From an uncultured Pseudomonadales bacterium (GTDB lineage: Bacteria > Patescibacteriota > Microgenomatia > UBA1400 > PJMF01), in the NCBI GenBank assembly GCA_964400865.1, contig CAYNWG010000003.1, forward strand, positions 1 to 44,245: a stretch of DNA of 44,245 bases, written 5' to 3'. The notes below the pieces were generated by a model. It had not been told where the DNA came from. It did not search any database and worked only from the letters and a program-made list of their open reading frames with translations. The position numbers and the translations under genes are program-made. This document shows, piece after piece, positions 43,211-44,245 of the stretch. Each line of letters opens with the position of its first letter. Position 1 is the first letter of the stretch.

Positions 43211-44188
43211 TTACGGAACGATGGGTCGTTCGCTCAGCGACCCATCGGGATTCATGAATGGTGGCACTTGCCCACCGTACATGAGCACCCAGAGAATTCT
43301 CCAGTCTGCGGTGACGTAGGCAGCCAGTAGCTTCTGCGCCACCTGGACGCGATTGTCCGCGTCCAATAGCGCTTGCTCTCTGGCAAATGCTGCCCGCTCC
43401 GCCTTCAATTTGTTCTCGGCCGCCAGGTTTTTCTGTTGCTCCTGCAACAGCGCCGCCTGGTTCTGCTCGACCGCCAACTCCTGCTCCCGTTGGAGCTGAG
43501 CCTGTCTCCAGGCCTCGTCTCCAAAAGTGATAGACCTTATCATAACCGCGTCGATCACAATCGGGGTCGCTTCTGTGGATGAGACTAGTATGTCCTGATA
43601 GACCATTTCCAGCCGCTGGCGACCAAACTGAGTTTTAAGCTCATCTGGAGTAAAGTCCGCGCTTGCACTACGGCTTCCTCTGAGAGCTGAGCCAATGTAG
43701 TTTTGAACCGCCAACTTGGGGTTTTGCAACTTCCATAGCTCAGCGGGATCGCTCGTGTTGAAGTGGAAGATCAAGTCCAAATCAACCGCTATTTCGACGT
43801 GACTATCAGCCACTGTCGCACGGTCTAGCGTTGTCTCGCATAGATATGAAGCGCAGGCCTTCTCGTCCGCGAGTAACTCTTCTCTCAACGTCCGATAGCG
43901 CTGACTCCCAGTCGGGTAGAAAATCACCTCATCGGCTGGCACGTAGTGCCGGCCAGGTGGCAGCATTTCATACGCTCCATCACCTGACTGCCGAACCACT
44001 AACCAGCCAGGTGCCACGATCGTCATGTCACGAAAGATAGTGACATCGCCCTCTGCCAAGTTGGGGTACGGCCCCGGGATAAGGTTCTCCCGGCCATCCC
44101 AACCTAGCTTGCCTTCGGGAACGACAAGGATATTCTTGACCTGCATTCCTTTGTCGTCCTTATTGTACTCGTTCCCCGCTGTCACCAC
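43211..44188 (-). CDS. SPFH / band-7 (prohibitin-flotillin-HflK/C-like) domain protein, high-GC gene
   Basis: IVAPGWLVVRQS..YEMLPPGRHYVP, VEIAVDLDLIFHFNTSDP, ALRGS....TPDEL and IVIDAVMIRSITF, followed by a Gln/Ala/Glu-rich coiled coil, fit the SPFH fold pattern. Start is uncertain: GTG 44188 or ATG 44146 with AAGGA upstream. The frame also stays open to the right edge at 44245. Confidence 0.6.
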   Translation of the reverse strand: MVTAGNEYNKDDKGMQVKNILVVPEGKLGWDGRENLIPGPYPNLAEGDVTIFRDMTIVAPGWLVVRQSGDGAYEMLPPGRHYVPADEVIFYPTGSQRYRTLREELLADEKACASYLCETTLDRATVADSHVEIAVDLDLIFHFNTSDPAELWKLQNPKLAVQNYIGSALRGSRSASADFTPDELKTQFGRQRLEMVYQDILVSSTEATPIVIDAVMIRSITFGDEAWRQAQLQREQELAVEQNQAALLQEQQKNLAAENKLKAERAAFAREQALLDADNRVQVAQKLLAAYVTADWRILWVLMYGGQVPPFMNPDGSLSERPIVP

Positions 44189-44245
44189 TGTGGTGTAGCG
44201 GGGTGCACTGCCACCTGGCAGGAAAGCTGGGTTCAGCTTGACTGC

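Overview
The window is a compact, low-GC bacterial segment, roughly 40% GC from hand counts of sample lines. Gene content resembles a Patescibacteria/CPR-type or other reduced, Gram-positive-like genome; this is inference from many small membrane-anchored orphan proteins and giant surface proteins. Three blocks stand out.

(1) 1-8094, minus strand: a 2002-aa membrane-anchored surface protein followed by a MacB-like ABC ATPase and permease. The protein has a LamG-like domain apparently split by about 14 propeller-like repeats, then a long FN3 array.

(2) 14489-32409: a cell-envelope locus. It starts with a five-gene, translationally coupled operon: two secreted proteins with a shared C-terminal domain and tail motif, two DUF916/DUF3324-like proteins, and one anchored orphan. 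A LytR_C protein follows, then a 3057-aa fibre-like protein with Hep_Hag/YadA-like tandem repeats and a poly-Gly domain. A convergent 966-aa protein closes the locus; its N-terminal domain is paralogous to that of the first operon gene.

(3) 43105-43155, minus strand: a complete canonical type III hammerhead ribozyme. It partly overlaps a 16-bp perfect hairpin and sits at the boundary to a much higher-GC block that encodes an SPFH/band-7-like protein.

Housekeeping and accessory genes between these blocks:
- DedA
- GT87-like glycosyltransferase
- type 1 IPP isomerase
- SRAP peptidase
- GNAT acetyltransferase
- HNH protein
- DEAD-box helicase
- NUDIX hydrolase
- Excalibur-domain protein
- ABC-F ATPase

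Several promoters place a -10 box 6-8 nt from the ATG, which implies leaderless mRNAs. I found no rRNA, tRNA, CRISPR array, transposase or reverse transcriptase. The ORF track translates GTG/TTG starts as M and takes the longest ORF, so I moved several starts inward. All functional calls rest on motif recognition by eye, not on database searches.
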